NCBI GenBank assembly: GCA_029552125.1
Contig: JAKPEE010000091.1
Coordinates: 259-64,258, forward strand
Origin: Bacillota bacterium
Lineage (GTDB): Bacteria; Bacillota; Dethiobacteria; DTU022
DNA length: 64,000 bases
Reading direction: 5' to 3'
Shown here: positions 26,709 through 35,479 of the stretch, one piece after another
How positions within the stretch are numbered: position 1 is the first letter of the stretch
How the letters are laid out: each line of letters starts with the position of its first letter
Position numbers and translations under genes: made by a program
Notes under the pieces: model-generated
Told to the model about the DNA's origin: nothing
Database searches by the model: none
What the model saw: only the letters and a program-made list of their open reading frames with translations

Positions 26709-29700
26709 CTATTCTGCCGTTTCAGGGGTTTGCGCCGGTATAGTATCACTGCGGCGGTTGATGACCAGGTAGAGGGCGGGTATAAACACCAGCAGCAGCA
26801 GGGTGCCGCTGGTCATGCCTCCGATAAGGGCGATGGCCATCGGCGCCTGCAGTTGGCTGCCCTGGCCCAGGCCCAGCGAAAGCGGCACCAGGCCCAGGAT
26901 GGTGGTGAGCGTGGTCATCAGGATGGGACGCAGGCGGGTGGTTGCGCCGGTGATAATCGCCTCCTCCAGGGGCTTGCCGTGAATGCGGCGTAGCTGGTTG
27001 ATAAAGTCAACCATGATAATCCCGCTGTTGACCAGGACCCCTCCCAGGACTACTCCTCCGATCAGCGCCGGTATGCTCAGGCTGCGCCCGGTAATGAAAA
27101 GGGCGATTACTGAACCCGCAAGACCCAGCGGCAGGCTGCAGATGATAATAAAGGGATGCAGGAAAGATTCAAACTGGGCCGCCATGACCAGGTAGACCAG
27201 GAAGATGGAGACAATAAGCACCAGGTAGAGTTCGTCGTAAACCTCGCTCATCTGTTCAGAGGTAGCCTCCTTGATCCGGTAGCCCGGCGGCATCTCCAGA
27301 TCTTTAATCGCCTCCTGGATCGCCCTGTTGGCTTCGCTCAGGCTAATCCCCGATAACTGTGCCTGGATTCTGCCGATAACCTGCCGATTCTCACGGGCGA
27401 TATTTAGCGGGCCATAGGTGACTTCAATATTGGCAATATCCCCCAGGCTAACGTATGAACCGGTAGACGTATAGAAGCCCAGGTTCTCCAGATCTTCCAG
27501 GGTCTTTAAGTCTCCTTTCCGGTAGCCGAGGATGAGCTCGAAGATGCCGTCACCTGTCTCCAGCCGGGCTACGGAGGTGCCATCGATGGCCTCGTAGAGC
27601 ATCATCCCCACCTGGTAGGCCGTAGTTCCCTTGCGCAGGGCTTTAAACTGGTCCACTTTCACATGCACTTCCGGGATGGCCTCTTCAGTGGCGCTTTGCA
27701 CACCGGTGAGACCCGGCAAATCCTTTATTCTATCCAGGATCTCCTCTGAAAGCTGCTCCACCTTCTCCTGCTCCGGTCCCTGGACAAGGATCTCCAGCCC
27801 CATGTTGAACCCGGTTGTATCCATGATCGTTTCCCGCCTGAAGCTGAGTGCCGCCTCTGCGGGCAGGAGAGGCTCTGCCTTCTCTTTTACCCTGGCAATC
27901 ATCTGCTCTATTTCCGAGGTATGCTCCGGATCTACCTGCACCCTGATTTGGGAACTGTTGGCTATACCCGATTCAATGGCAATGCCAAAAAGCTGCTGCT
28001 CTCCGACCCGGGTTGTATAATAATCGATCCCTTCCAACTCGCCGATGATCTTCTCCAGTTTTGCCGTGTAGTTGTCGGTCGTCTCCAGGGGCGTTCCCGG
28101 AGGGAGAGTCAGTTCAACGGAAAAAGCCGATTCCTCAGGCATGGGGAAGAGGTCGGATCCAAGAAAGGGAACAATAATCGCGCCGAGGATCACCACTGCC
28201 AACCCGATGCCCAGTGTGGCCCAGGGATGCCGCAAAACCCACTCTAGCAAAGCGCGGTAGCGGGAGGGCCCCGTCACTGCCGGCAGCCTTCCTTTGCCCC
28301 GCTGCAGGAAGCGAGAGGCAAGCATGGGAATCACTGTTATGGCTACGATCAGCGAAGCGAAGAGGGCACAGGTCACAGTAATGGAGAAATCGCGGAAAAG
28401 TTCGCCGGCCAGGCCGCTCAGAAAAACCACGGGGAAGAAGACGCAGACCGTGGTCAGGGTTGAGGCCCATATGGCCCCACCGACCTCGTTGCTCCCATTA
28501 ATCGCCGCTTCGAAAGAGTGGGAGCCCAGTTGGAGGTGGCGGTAAATATTTTCGCTGACCACGATGGAGTTATCCACCAGCATCCCGGCGGCCAGGGCCA
28601 GGGCCCCTAGAGTCATCAGGTTTATGGAAAGACCGGAGAAATAGAGCAGGGCAAATGCCGCGATCACGGCTACCGGTATGGTCAGCCCGATTACCAGGAT
28701 CATGCGCCAGTCTCTTAAAAAGAACAGCAGCACCGCCACGGCAAGAAGGGAGCCCTGCAGGAGGGAGACGGCCAGGTCCACCAGGGCATTTTCGATCTCC
28801 TTGGCCTGATCGTAGGTAAAGGTAAAGCTTAAATCGTAGCCCAGCTCGTTGAACTCGGCGGCAAGTTCGTCAAGGGCCCGGCGCACCTGGCGAGAAACCG
28901 CTACCGTGTTGGCTTCTCCTTCCTTCTGCAGGTAGAAGCCGATGCTCGGCTGCCGGTTAATCCGGTTTATGGAGGAGGCCTCGTGAAAATCCAAGTTCAC
29001 TTCGGCGATATCCTGCAGCCGGATGGGTATGAGGGGAAATTCATCTTCGGGTATGGCCAGTGCGTTCCCGGAGCCTGCCGAGGCGAGGATCATGGCCATG
29101 GACATGTCTACAATAGCTTCCTCCAACTGCTGCGATGCCTTATCCAGTTCACCCTTGGCCTTGCTTTCCAACTTCTTGAGCTGCTTCTTCCAGGCGTCAA
29201 AGTCGGGGATACTGACCAGGTAAATATTACCAATTTCCTCCAACTCCGCGCTCACGTCCGGAGGCAGGGGGACGATAATCTTGCCCTTTTCAATGTCTAC
29301 AGGCCACTCTTCGGGCAGCGCCCCGGCAATCTGATCCAGGTCGAGGCCGTATTTTTTCAGCAGTTCCGGATCGGGCTCGATGATCAGCCGGCCCTCTTCG
29401 TCTATTTCTACGCGCGGCGCGAGATCCTTGAGGTATACTTCACGCATGGGTATCTCCAGGCTGTCGTCGAGCGGCAGCGCCTGCGAGAGCATTTGGTTGA
29501 TATCGATATCCACCGAGCGCCCGATGAGCTTTCTTAACTCCTCTTCGTCAAGATTAAAGCCCACAACCAGGTTGCCGAGATCTTCAAGGTCCGGTAAGCG
29601 CCCGACCAGGCGGATGCGCATCTCGCGCTCGTCCAGCTCCACTTTTCCGCCCGGGATATTGAGCAAACTGGCCCGCAGTATGTTTGCTACCTGCTCGAAA

Positions 29701-30287
29701 GAGACTTCAAAGTCCTGGACGCGATTGGGAAAAAGCCGGATAAAAAGATCTCTCTTCACCCCGCCCTCAACCATCAGGCTGGCCACGCCGGGAATGGATT
29801 CCAGGCGCGGCCTGGCGTTTTTCTCCAGCCATTCCGTCAGCTCGGCAGGTTCAAGGCTGCTGCCGACATCCACCTGCATTATCGGCAGCAGCGTGGGGTC
29901 AAATTCGAGAATGATTGGTCTCTCAACCCCATCCGGGAGGCTCATCAGGTCCAGGCGTGTCCCCACCTCGTCGCGCTTCTGCTTCAAATTTGCTCCCCAG
30001 TTGAATTCCAGGGCCACCAGGGAGACATGCTCCTGGGAGAGGGAGATGATATTTTTTACTCCGCTGATGGGGGAGACGGCACTTTCAATGGGCTCGGTGA
30101 CCAGTTCTAAATTTTCCTGGGGAGAGCTGCCCGGGAAAACGGTAATTATGGCCAGGTATGGCGGCTTGATATCGGGCAGCAGGTTAAGGGGGGTCTGCAG
30201 CAGGGATACTGTGCCGATAACAAGAACGATTAATAGGATGGTAATTGTAGCCACGGGACGCTGCACAGAGAACTTCGGTAAATTCAT
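26709..30287 (-). CDS. RND-superfamily efflux permease (AcrB/HAE family), 1192 aa
   Basis: The N-terminus MNLPKFSVQRPVAT is typical of AcrB. The topology is 12 TM in a 2x(1+5) arrangement with two large loops. No membrane-fusion or outer-membrane partner gene is adjacent. Confidence 0.9.
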   Translation of the reverse strand: MNLPKFSVQRPVATITILLIVLVIGTVSLLQTPLNLLPDIKPPYLAIITVFPGSSPQENLELVTEPIESAVSPISGVKNIISLSQEHVSLVALEFNWGANLKQKRDEVGTRLDLMSLPDGVERPIILEFDPTLLPIMQVDVGSSLEPAELTEWLEKNARPRLESIPGVASLMVEGGVKRDLFIRLFPNRVQDFEVSFEQVANILRASLLNIPGGKVELDEREMRIRLVGRLPDLEDLGNLVVGFNLDEEELRKLIGRSVDIDINQMLSQALPLDDSLEIPMREVYLKDLAPRVEIDEEGRLIIEPDPELLKKYGLDLDQIAGALPEEWPVDIEKGKIIVPLPPDVSAELEEIGNIYLVSIPDFDAWKKQLKKLESKAKGELDKASQQLEEAIVDMSMAMILASAGSGNALAIPEDEFPLIPIRLQDIAEVNLDFHEASSINRINRQPSIGFYLQKEGEANTVAVSRQVRRALDELAAEFNELGYDLSFTFTYDQAKEIENALVDLAVSLLQGSLLAVAVLLFFLRDWRMILVIGLTIPVAVIAAFALLYFSGLSINLMTLGALALAAGMLVDNSIVVSENIYRHLQLGSHSFEAAINGSNEVGGAIWASTLTTVCVFFPVVFLSGLAGELFRDFSITVTCALFASLIVAITVIPMLASRFLQRGKGRLPAVTGPSRYRALLEWVLRHPWATLGIGLAVVILGAIIVPFLGSDLFPMPEESAFSVELTLPPGTPLETTDNYTAKLEKIIGELEGIDYYTTRVGEQQLFGIAIESGIANSSQIRVQVDPEHTSEIEQMIARVKEKAEPLLPAEAALSFRRETIMDTTGFNMGLEILVQGPEQEKVEQLSEEILDRIKDLPGLTGVQSATEEAIPEVHVKVDQFKALRKGTTAYQVGMMLYEAIDGTSVARLETGDGIFELILGYRKGDLKTLEDLENLGFYTSTGSYVSLGDIANIEVTYGPLNIARENRQVIGRIQAQLSGISLSEANRAIQEAIKDLEMPPGYRIKEATSEQMSEVYDELYLVLIVSIFLVYLVMAAQFESFLHPFIIICSLPLGLAGSVIALFITGRSLSIPALIGGVVLGGVLVNSGIIMVDFINQLRRIHGKPLEEAIITGATTRLRPILMTTLTTILGLVPLSLGLGQGSQLQAPMAIALIGGMTSGTLLLLVFIPALYLVINRRSDTIPAQTPETAE

Positions 30288-30467
30288 CTTTCTTTTCGCC
30301 TCACCGGTTCATGATATTTTGGAGCTGCCACTTCCAGCACATTTAATATGATTATGTACCCTTTTTGGCATTAATGCTTATATTATAACAGATTAAAGAT
30401 ACGGGATCATGCAAATTAATCCACCCTCCCATAAAATTTTGCCCGCAGCTTCCGCGTGGATCTCAAT

Positions 30468-30496
30468 TTGCTTTTTAATCGGGGCAAAGCTATAAT
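30468..30496 (+). promoter_or_regulatory. Sigma-70/SigA-type promoter of the tsaE operon
   Basis: TTGCTT (30468-30473), a 17-nt spacer, then TATAAT (30491-30496). Confidence 0.6.
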
Positions 30497-30510
30497 TAAG
30501 CCAGGAAAAT

Positions 30511-31092
30511 ATGGAAAAGCAGGGGACTATGCGTCAAGGGGAAGCTTTTTTAACCACAAGAGCAACCGAAGAAACGGAATATATCGGCGCCGTCCTGGGA
30601 AAAGCCATGCGGCCGCCCCTGGTGGTGGCTCTCTATGGAGATCTGGGAACAGGGAAAACCGTCCTGGTGCGCGGTGCAGCCCGGGCTATGGGAATTGAAG
30701 AGGAAATCAGCAGCCCTAGCTTTGTCCTGTTAAAGATTTACCAGGGCCGGTTTCCTCTCTACCATTATGATTTCTACCGGCTTAATCAAGCGGAGGAGCT
30801 GGAGGAACTGGGTATTGATGAATATCTGCCCGGGGAGGGTGTGGCCTTTGTGGAGTGGGCCGGGCGCTTTCCCGAATATTTACCGCAGGAGCTGCTGGAT
30901 GTAACCATAACCCGCTTTTTTGATTACAGCGGCGAAGGAAGGCGTATCCACTTTGTCCCCCATGGTCCCCAGGCTTCGCAGGTTGTGGAAAAATTGATTG
31001 AGACTATAACCTGGCGGGTGGATGGCACTTTAAACAGGCTCCCCCTGACAGAGGAAATAAACGGTGCCAGTTCGTTCAGGGAGGGAGAATAG
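30511..31092 (+). CDS. tsaE: tRNA t6A37 threonylcarbamoyltransferase complex ATPase subunit TsaE
   Basis: P-loop LYGDLGTGKTVLVRG plus SPSF.L...Y and HYDFYRL blocks. The C-terminus is about 35 aa longer than I would expect. An alternative start is ATG 30529. Confidence 0.85.
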   Translation: MEKQGTMRQGEAFLTTRATEETEYIGAVLGKAMRPPLVVALYGDLGTGKTVLVRGAARAMGIEEEISSPSFVLLKIYQGRFPLYHYDFYRLNQAEELEELGIDEYLPGEGVAFVEWAGRFPEYLPQELLDVTITRFFDYSGEGRRIHFVPHGPQASQVVEKLIETITWRVDGTLNRLPLTEEINGASSFREGE

Positions 31093-31095
31093 AAC

Positions 31096-31830
31096 CTGAT
31101 TATTCTCGGACTTGATACGGCAACCATGGCCTGCAGCGTGGCGCTGTTGCAGGATGACTTGCTGCTTGGTGAATATACTCTGAACACGCGGAAGACGCAT
31201 TCCGAAAGGTTAATGCCGCTTATCGATTCACTCTTGCGGGAATGTGCCGTGGAGAGAGAGCAGCTCGGTGCGGTGGCCGCCGCCGCAGGACCGGGATCCT
31301 TTACCGGAATTCGTATCGGCCTGGCCACGGCCCGCGGCCTGGCCCAGGGGCTGGGCATACCCGCTGCCGGCGTATCCACCCTGGAAGCGGCGGCCGAGGC
31401 GGTGATGGTCCCGGGGGCCTTGATTTGCCCCATCCTGGACGCCCGGCGCAGCCAGGTCTATGCCGCCCTCTACCGCCGGGAGCCTGCACCGGAGCTGGAC
31501 CTGGAAACGCTGATTCCACCCGCTGCCGGAGCGCTCTCTTCCCTGGTGGAAAAGTTAAAGACCTACCGGGAACCTGTTGTCTTTACCGGGGAAGGTCTAT
31601 CCAGCTACGGCAGCTATCTCGAGGAGTCCCTTGGCTCCCGGGCCATACTGGCCGTGCCGCCTTCACGCTTCAACAGGGCCGGACTGGTGGCCTGGCGCGG
31701 GCGCATGCTGTTAAAGGCAAACCCGGGCCTGTCCTACCGCGAACTGCTGCCGATCTATTTGCGGCGGCCTGAAGCGGAGCGCCGGGCCGGGGAGGAGAAG
31801 GGAGGAGAAGTTTTTGGCGGTAATCATTGA
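31096..31830 (+). CDS. tsaB: tRNA t6A37 threonylcarbamoyltransferase complex dimerization subunit TsaB
   Basis: The conserved N-terminal IILGLDTAT precedes the first ATG (31126), so the start is probably CTG 31096 or ATT 31099/31102, after the GGGAGGGAG RBS. GPGSFTGIRIG motif. Confidence 0.8.
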   Translation: MIILGLDTATMACSVALLQDDLLLGEYTLNTRKTHSERLMPLIDSLLRECAVEREQLGAVAAAAGPGSFTGIRIGLATARGLAQGLGIPAAGVSTLEAAAEAVMVPGALICPILDARRSQVYAALYRREPAPELDLETLIPPAAGALSSLVEKLKTYREPVVFTGEGLSSYGSYLEESLGSRAILAVPPSRFNRAGLVAWRGRMLLKANPGLSYRELLPIYLRRPEAERRAGEEKGGEVFGGNH

Positions 31831-32287
31831 GCCGATGCTTTTTGAAGACCTTCCCGCCGTTGTAGCCATTGAAAAGGACTCCTTTACCTCTCCCTGGTCG
31901 CTCAAATCCTTTCGCTACGAGCTGTCCTGCAACCGCCGGGCCACTTACCTGGTGGCCCGGGTGGATGGCACCGTAGTCGGCTACGGCGGCGTGTGGATTA
32001 TCCTCGACGAAGCGCATATAACCACTCTGGCGGTGGATCGCCGCTTCCGGCGCTGCGGTATCGCTACCCGCCTGCTGGCCGCCCTCATCGACATATCTTG
32101 TCAAAAGGGCGCTGAGCGGATCACCCTGGAAGTGCGCCCCAGCAACCACCCGGCCCGCCGCCTCTACGAAAAATTCGGCTTTACCGTTAAAGGCGTGCGT
32201 AAAAAATACTATATTAATGAAGACGGGCTGATCATGTTTAAAGAGGATTTGCCGCGCGTGGGGGACAACCGTGAACCGGCATCGTAA
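31814..32287 (+). CDS. rimI: Ribosomal-protein-alanine N-acetyltransferase
   Basis: GNAT fold (RRFRRCGIATRLL; ITLEVRPSN..A..LYEKFGF). Its position between tsaB and tsaD is the standard arrangement. TTG start after a GGAGGAGAAG RBS. Confidence 0.85.
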   Translation: MAVIIEPMLFEDLPAVVAIEKDSFTSPWSLKSFRYELSCNRRATYLVARVDGTVVGYGGVWIILDEAHITTLAVDRRFRRCGIATRLLAALIDISCQKGAERITLEVRPSNHPARRLYEKFGFTVKGVRKKYYINEDGLIMFKEDLPRVGDNREPAS

Positions 32288-33311
32288 AGGTATTTTAATC
32301 CTCGGTCTTGAAACCTCCTGCGATGAAACCGCCGCTGCAGTGGTAGAGGACGGCAGCCGGATTATCTGCAGCCTGATTGCTTCCCAGGTGGAGATCCATA
32401 GCCGTTTCGGCGGGGTGGTCCCGGAGATCGCTTCCCGGCGCCACCTGGAAACGATTAATGAGCTTGTGGACAGGGCCTTAACGGAAGCTTCCATCAACCT
32501 GCAGGATCTGGATGCCGTCGCCGTTTCCAACGGCCCCGGGCTGGTAGGGCCCCTTTTGGTTGGCGTCGCCACGGCCAAAGCGCTGGCCTATGCCGCCCGC
32601 CTGCCCCTGGTGGCGGTAAATCACCTGGAGGCGCATCTTTATGCCAACTTTCTTACCGGCCATGCCATCGACTACCCCCTGGTTGCCCTGATCGCCTCCG
32701 GCGGCCATACCGAGCTGCTGCACCTGCCTGCTCCGGGAAAACCGGTTGTCCTGGGGCGGACGCGGGACGACGCCGCCGGTGAAGTATTTGACAAGGTTTC
32801 CCGGGCCATGGGCCTGGGATACCCCGGAGGCCCGGTCATTGACCGGCTTGGCGCTGAAGGCGACCCGGAGCGGATTACTTTCCCCCGGGCTTATCTTGAT
32901 GATAACGGCCGCTTTGATTTCAGTTTCAGCGGCTTGAAGTCAGCGGTGATCAACTATTTGCACCACAGCAGGCAGCGGGGCGAGGAAGTAAATGCGGCGG
33001 ATCTGGCCGCTTCCTTTCAGTCAGCCGTAGTAGAAGTCCTGGTCGATAAGACCGTGGACGCGGCCCGGGAATGCCGGGTTAAATCTGTCCTGTTAGCCGG
33101 CGGAGTGGCCGCCAACAGCCGGCTGCGGCGCTGCATGCGTGAACGGTTGGCCCGGAATTTACCCGGGATATCGCTGCATATTCCTCCTCTCGAACTCTGT
33201 ACCGACAACGCGGCCATGATCGCCGCCGCCGCCTTTCCGCCCTACCGGGAAGGCCGCTTTGCGCCCCTGCATCTTAATGCCGTCCCGGGACTGCGCAGCG
33301 GCTGTTCCTGA
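32271..33311 (+). CDS. tsaD: tRNA N6-adenosine threonylcarbamoyltransferase TsaD
   Basis: ILGLETSCDETAAAVV, NHLEAHLYA, SGGHTEL and GGVAANS motifs. Confidence 0.95.
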   Translation: MNRHRKGILILGLETSCDETAAAVVEDGSRIICSLIASQVEIHSRFGGVVPEIASRRHLETINELVDRALTEASINLQDLDAVAVSNGPGLVGPLLVGVATAKALAYAARLPLVAVNHLEAHLYANFLTGHAIDYPLVALIASGGHTELLHLPAPGKPVVLGRTRDDAAGEVFDKVSRAMGLGYPGGPVIDRLGAEGDPERITFPRAYLDDNGRFDFSFSGLKSAVINYLHHSRQRGEEVNAADLAASFQSAVVEVLVDKTVDAARECRVKSVLLAGGVAANSRLRRCMRERLARNLPGISLHIPPLELCTDNAAMIAAAAFPPYREGRFAPLHLNAVPGLRSGCS

Positions 33312-33380
33312 CCGCAGACGGTAGCTAGCAGCCAGGAATCGGCAGCCGGCCGCTGGACGGTGATCCCGGGGTTTTCTTCT

Positions 33381-33564
33381 GGAAGGAATTCAGAATCCAG
33401 AAGTCAGTAGTCAGCAGGAAAGATCAAAGAATGAATGTCTGTTGCCCCCCACTTTTGCGCCTATGCCTGCCGTTACTGGACAGTAGCCAGAATAAACTTC
33501 CGCTTCCCAATACCACGCCTTCTTTCTCCGTGATTTCTATTTCTGGATTTTGAATTCTGCTTCC
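33381..33564. repeat. MITE-like element: ~22-bp imperfect terminal inverted repeats around a 138-bp core
   Basis: gaattcagaatccagaa (33386-33402) versus the reverse complement of ttctggattttgaattc (33541-33557) matches at 16/17. The flanking ggaag/cttcc extends the pairing. A related copy lies at 4994-5018. Confidence 0.6.
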
Positions 33565-33679
33565 CCTTAAAAAGAAAAACCAGCGTAAACCCCTGTCTCT
33601 TAACAACAATTCCTTTCCTGTTGCTTTTTGCTCTGGCGGTTTACGGTATAGAACGGCTCAAAAAATTATGTCAACCACT

Positions 33680-33760
33680 TGTTGATAATGTGCATAACTG
33701 CCGCAAAAGGGCGCTGTTAAGACCCTATCTTGTGGATAACCCTGTGGAATATGTGGATTA
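33680..33760. promoter_or_regulatory. Cluster of five co-oriented DnaA boxes
   Basis: Read as the complement of TTATCCACA: TGTtGATAA 33680-88 (1 mismatch), TGTGcATAA 33689-97 (1 mismatch), TGTGGATAA 33731-39 (perfect), TGTGGAatA 33743-51 (2 mismatches), TGTGGATtA 33752-60 (1 mismatch). Confidence 0.7.
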
Positions 33761-33872
33761 CTTTAAATGGAATTGCCGGCAAACTATATTATATGCAAGC
33801 GTTTATGCTCTTAGAACATCTTTTTCCAGGGAACATAACTTGTTTACCTAATATGGCTGCCGGCGGCGGCAA

Positions 33873-33901
33873 TTGTTTGCCTGGCATGCTTTTGATATAA
33901 T
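33873..33901 (+). promoter_or_regulatory. Extended -10 promoter upstream of murC
   Basis: TTGTTT (33873-78), a 17-nt spacer ending in TGa, then TATAAT (33896-33901). It overlaps a perfect 14-bp palindrome aattacatgtaatt (33899-33912). Confidence 0.5.
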
Positions 33902-33978
33902 TACATGTAATTGCAGACAGGAATTGGATAAGAACTGCATATGATTATTACCAGGGTAGAAAGGCGGGGAAGATCAGC

Positions 33979-35385
33979 TTGAAGCTTCCTGCGGTTGATC
34001 AGATACACTTTATCGGCATCGGAGGTTACGGTATGAGCGCCCTGGCCCAGGTTATGCTCAAACTTGGCTACAGGGTTTCCGGCTCAGATCTCAAAGAGTC
34101 GGCCTTGACCAGGCACCTGGCCAGCCAGGGAGCGCTGATTAAACTTGGCCACCACCGGGACAATGTGGGCCAAAGCGGGCTGGTAGTCTATTCTACCGCC
34201 ATCCCGGCCCATAACCCGGAGATGGTGGAAGCCCGGGAGCGTAACCTGCCGCTGTGGCACCGCTCCGAACTTTTGGCCAGCCTGCTTAATAGCCATTACG
34301 GTATTGCTGTCGCCGGAACGCACGGCAAAACTACCACCACCGCCATGATCGCCCTGCTTCTGGAACAGGGCGGGCTGGATCCCACGGCGATTATCGGGGG
34401 GGTGGTCTCAGCTTTTAGCGGCAACGCCCGGGTCGGCAAAAGCCGCTACCTGGTGGCGGAAGCCTGTGAAAGCGATCACTCGTTTTTACGTTATTATCCC
34501 CGGATCGCTCTAATTACCAATATTGAACCGGATCACCTGGAACACTACAGCGGGGATTTTAACCGCCTGCGCGAGGCTTATCTTGATTTCTTGAAAAACC
34601 TTCACCCTGAAGGCTGTGCGGTTATATGTACGGATGATCCGCAGCTTGGCAAACTAAAAAAAATGATCAACCGGGAAACGATAACTTATGGCCTTGAGGG
34701 CGGCGGCCGCGAGGGAAGTGCCCATTTTAGCGGCCGTCAGATCACCACTTCCGGAAAGGGCTCCACTTTTGTCCTTTACCGGGGCGACAGGCCCGTTACC
34801 GGGGAAATAGTGCTTAAAGTGCCCGGGCGGCATAATATCAGCAATGCCGTAGGCGCGCTGGCGGTGGCGTCCCGGCTGGGCCTGGATCCGGCTAAATGCG
34901 CCGTCGCGCTGAGCGAATTTCATGGCGCCGGCCGCCGTTTTGAAATTGTCGCTGAAATTAACGGCATTATGGTGGTAGACGATTATGCCCATCATCCCAC
35001 TGAAGTGCGGGTTACCCTGGAGGCGGCCCGGAGCTTTGGCCGGCGTATAATCTGTATCTTCCAGCCGCACCGCTATACCAGGACGGCTTACTTTATTGAT
35101 GATTTTGCCCGCGCTTTTGATGGAGCCGACCTGGTACTGCTGCACCGTATTTATTCCGCCGGGGAGGAGCCCATAAGCGGTATCAGCTCTACCGCCCTGG
35201 CTGAACGGATCCGGAAGGAGAAAGGCGGCCCCGTATTGGTCAGTGATCAGATGTTAGATCTGGAGAATATGGTCCTTGAAATAGTTAAACCGGGAGACAT
35301 TGTTCTGGTTATGGGCGCCGGTGACATCAGCCGGCTGGCCCATAGCCTGGCGGAACGGATCCGGGAGGGCAACCGGGCCGGGTAA
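33979..35385 (+). CDS. murC: UDP-N-acetylmuramate--L-alanine ligase
   Basis: HFIGIGGYGMSALA, GTHGKTTTT and DDYAHHPTE motifs. TTG start. Confidence 0.95.
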   Translation: MKLPAVDQIHFIGIGGYGMSALAQVMLKLGYRVSGSDLKESALTRHLASQGALIKLGHHRDNVGQSGLVVYSTAIPAHNPEMVEARERNLPLWHRSELLASLLNSHYGIAVAGTHGKTTTTAMIALLLEQGGLDPTAIIGGVVSAFSGNARVGKSRYLVAEACESDHSFLRYYPRIALITNIEPDHLEHYSGDFNRLREAYLDFLKNLHPEGCAVICTDDPQLGKLKKMINRETITYGLEGGGREGSAHFSGRQITTSGKGSTFVLYRGDRPVTGEIVLKVPGRHNISNAVGALAVASRLGLDPAKCAVALSEFHGAGRRFEIVAEINGIMVVDDYAHHPTEVRVTLEAARSFGRRIICIFQPHRYTRTAYFIDDFARAFDGADLVLLHRIYSAGEEPISGISSTALAERIRKEKGGPVLVSDQMLDLENMVLEIVKPGDIVLVMGAGDISRLAHSLAERIREGNRAG

Positions 35386-35479
35386 GCCCCTGCGGCTTTA
35401 TTTGCAGAACCAGCGGTAGCTAAGGAATGTTTTAGTGAATTGGGCTTAACACCAGATGTAGCAGGGGAGAATATTGATT

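Noticed and set aside
26709-30287. RND permease with no adjacent membrane-fusion or outer-membrane partner, considered as an anomaly
   Set aside because: Stand-alone RND pumps are usual in monoderm Firmicutes, and the gene composition matches the core genome. The longer size comes from a coiled-coil-rich insertion in one extracytoplasmic loop. I cannot evaluate that further by eye.
31090-31092. The TAG between tsaE and tsaB decoded as pyrrolysine, given the MttB-family gene in the window
   Set aside because: The MttB homologue here has no in-frame TAG, so it is the Pyl-independent type. No pyl genes are in the window. A good RBS precedes the junction, so independent initiation of tsaB at CTG or ATT is the simpler explanation. 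Read-through remains only a minor alternative in the finding.
33621-33851. 76-aa ORF in the tsaD-murC intergenic region
   Set aside because: It has no RBS and an implausible sequence. It is built largely from the DnaA-box cluster and AT-rich promoter DNA, so the region is better explained as regulatory.
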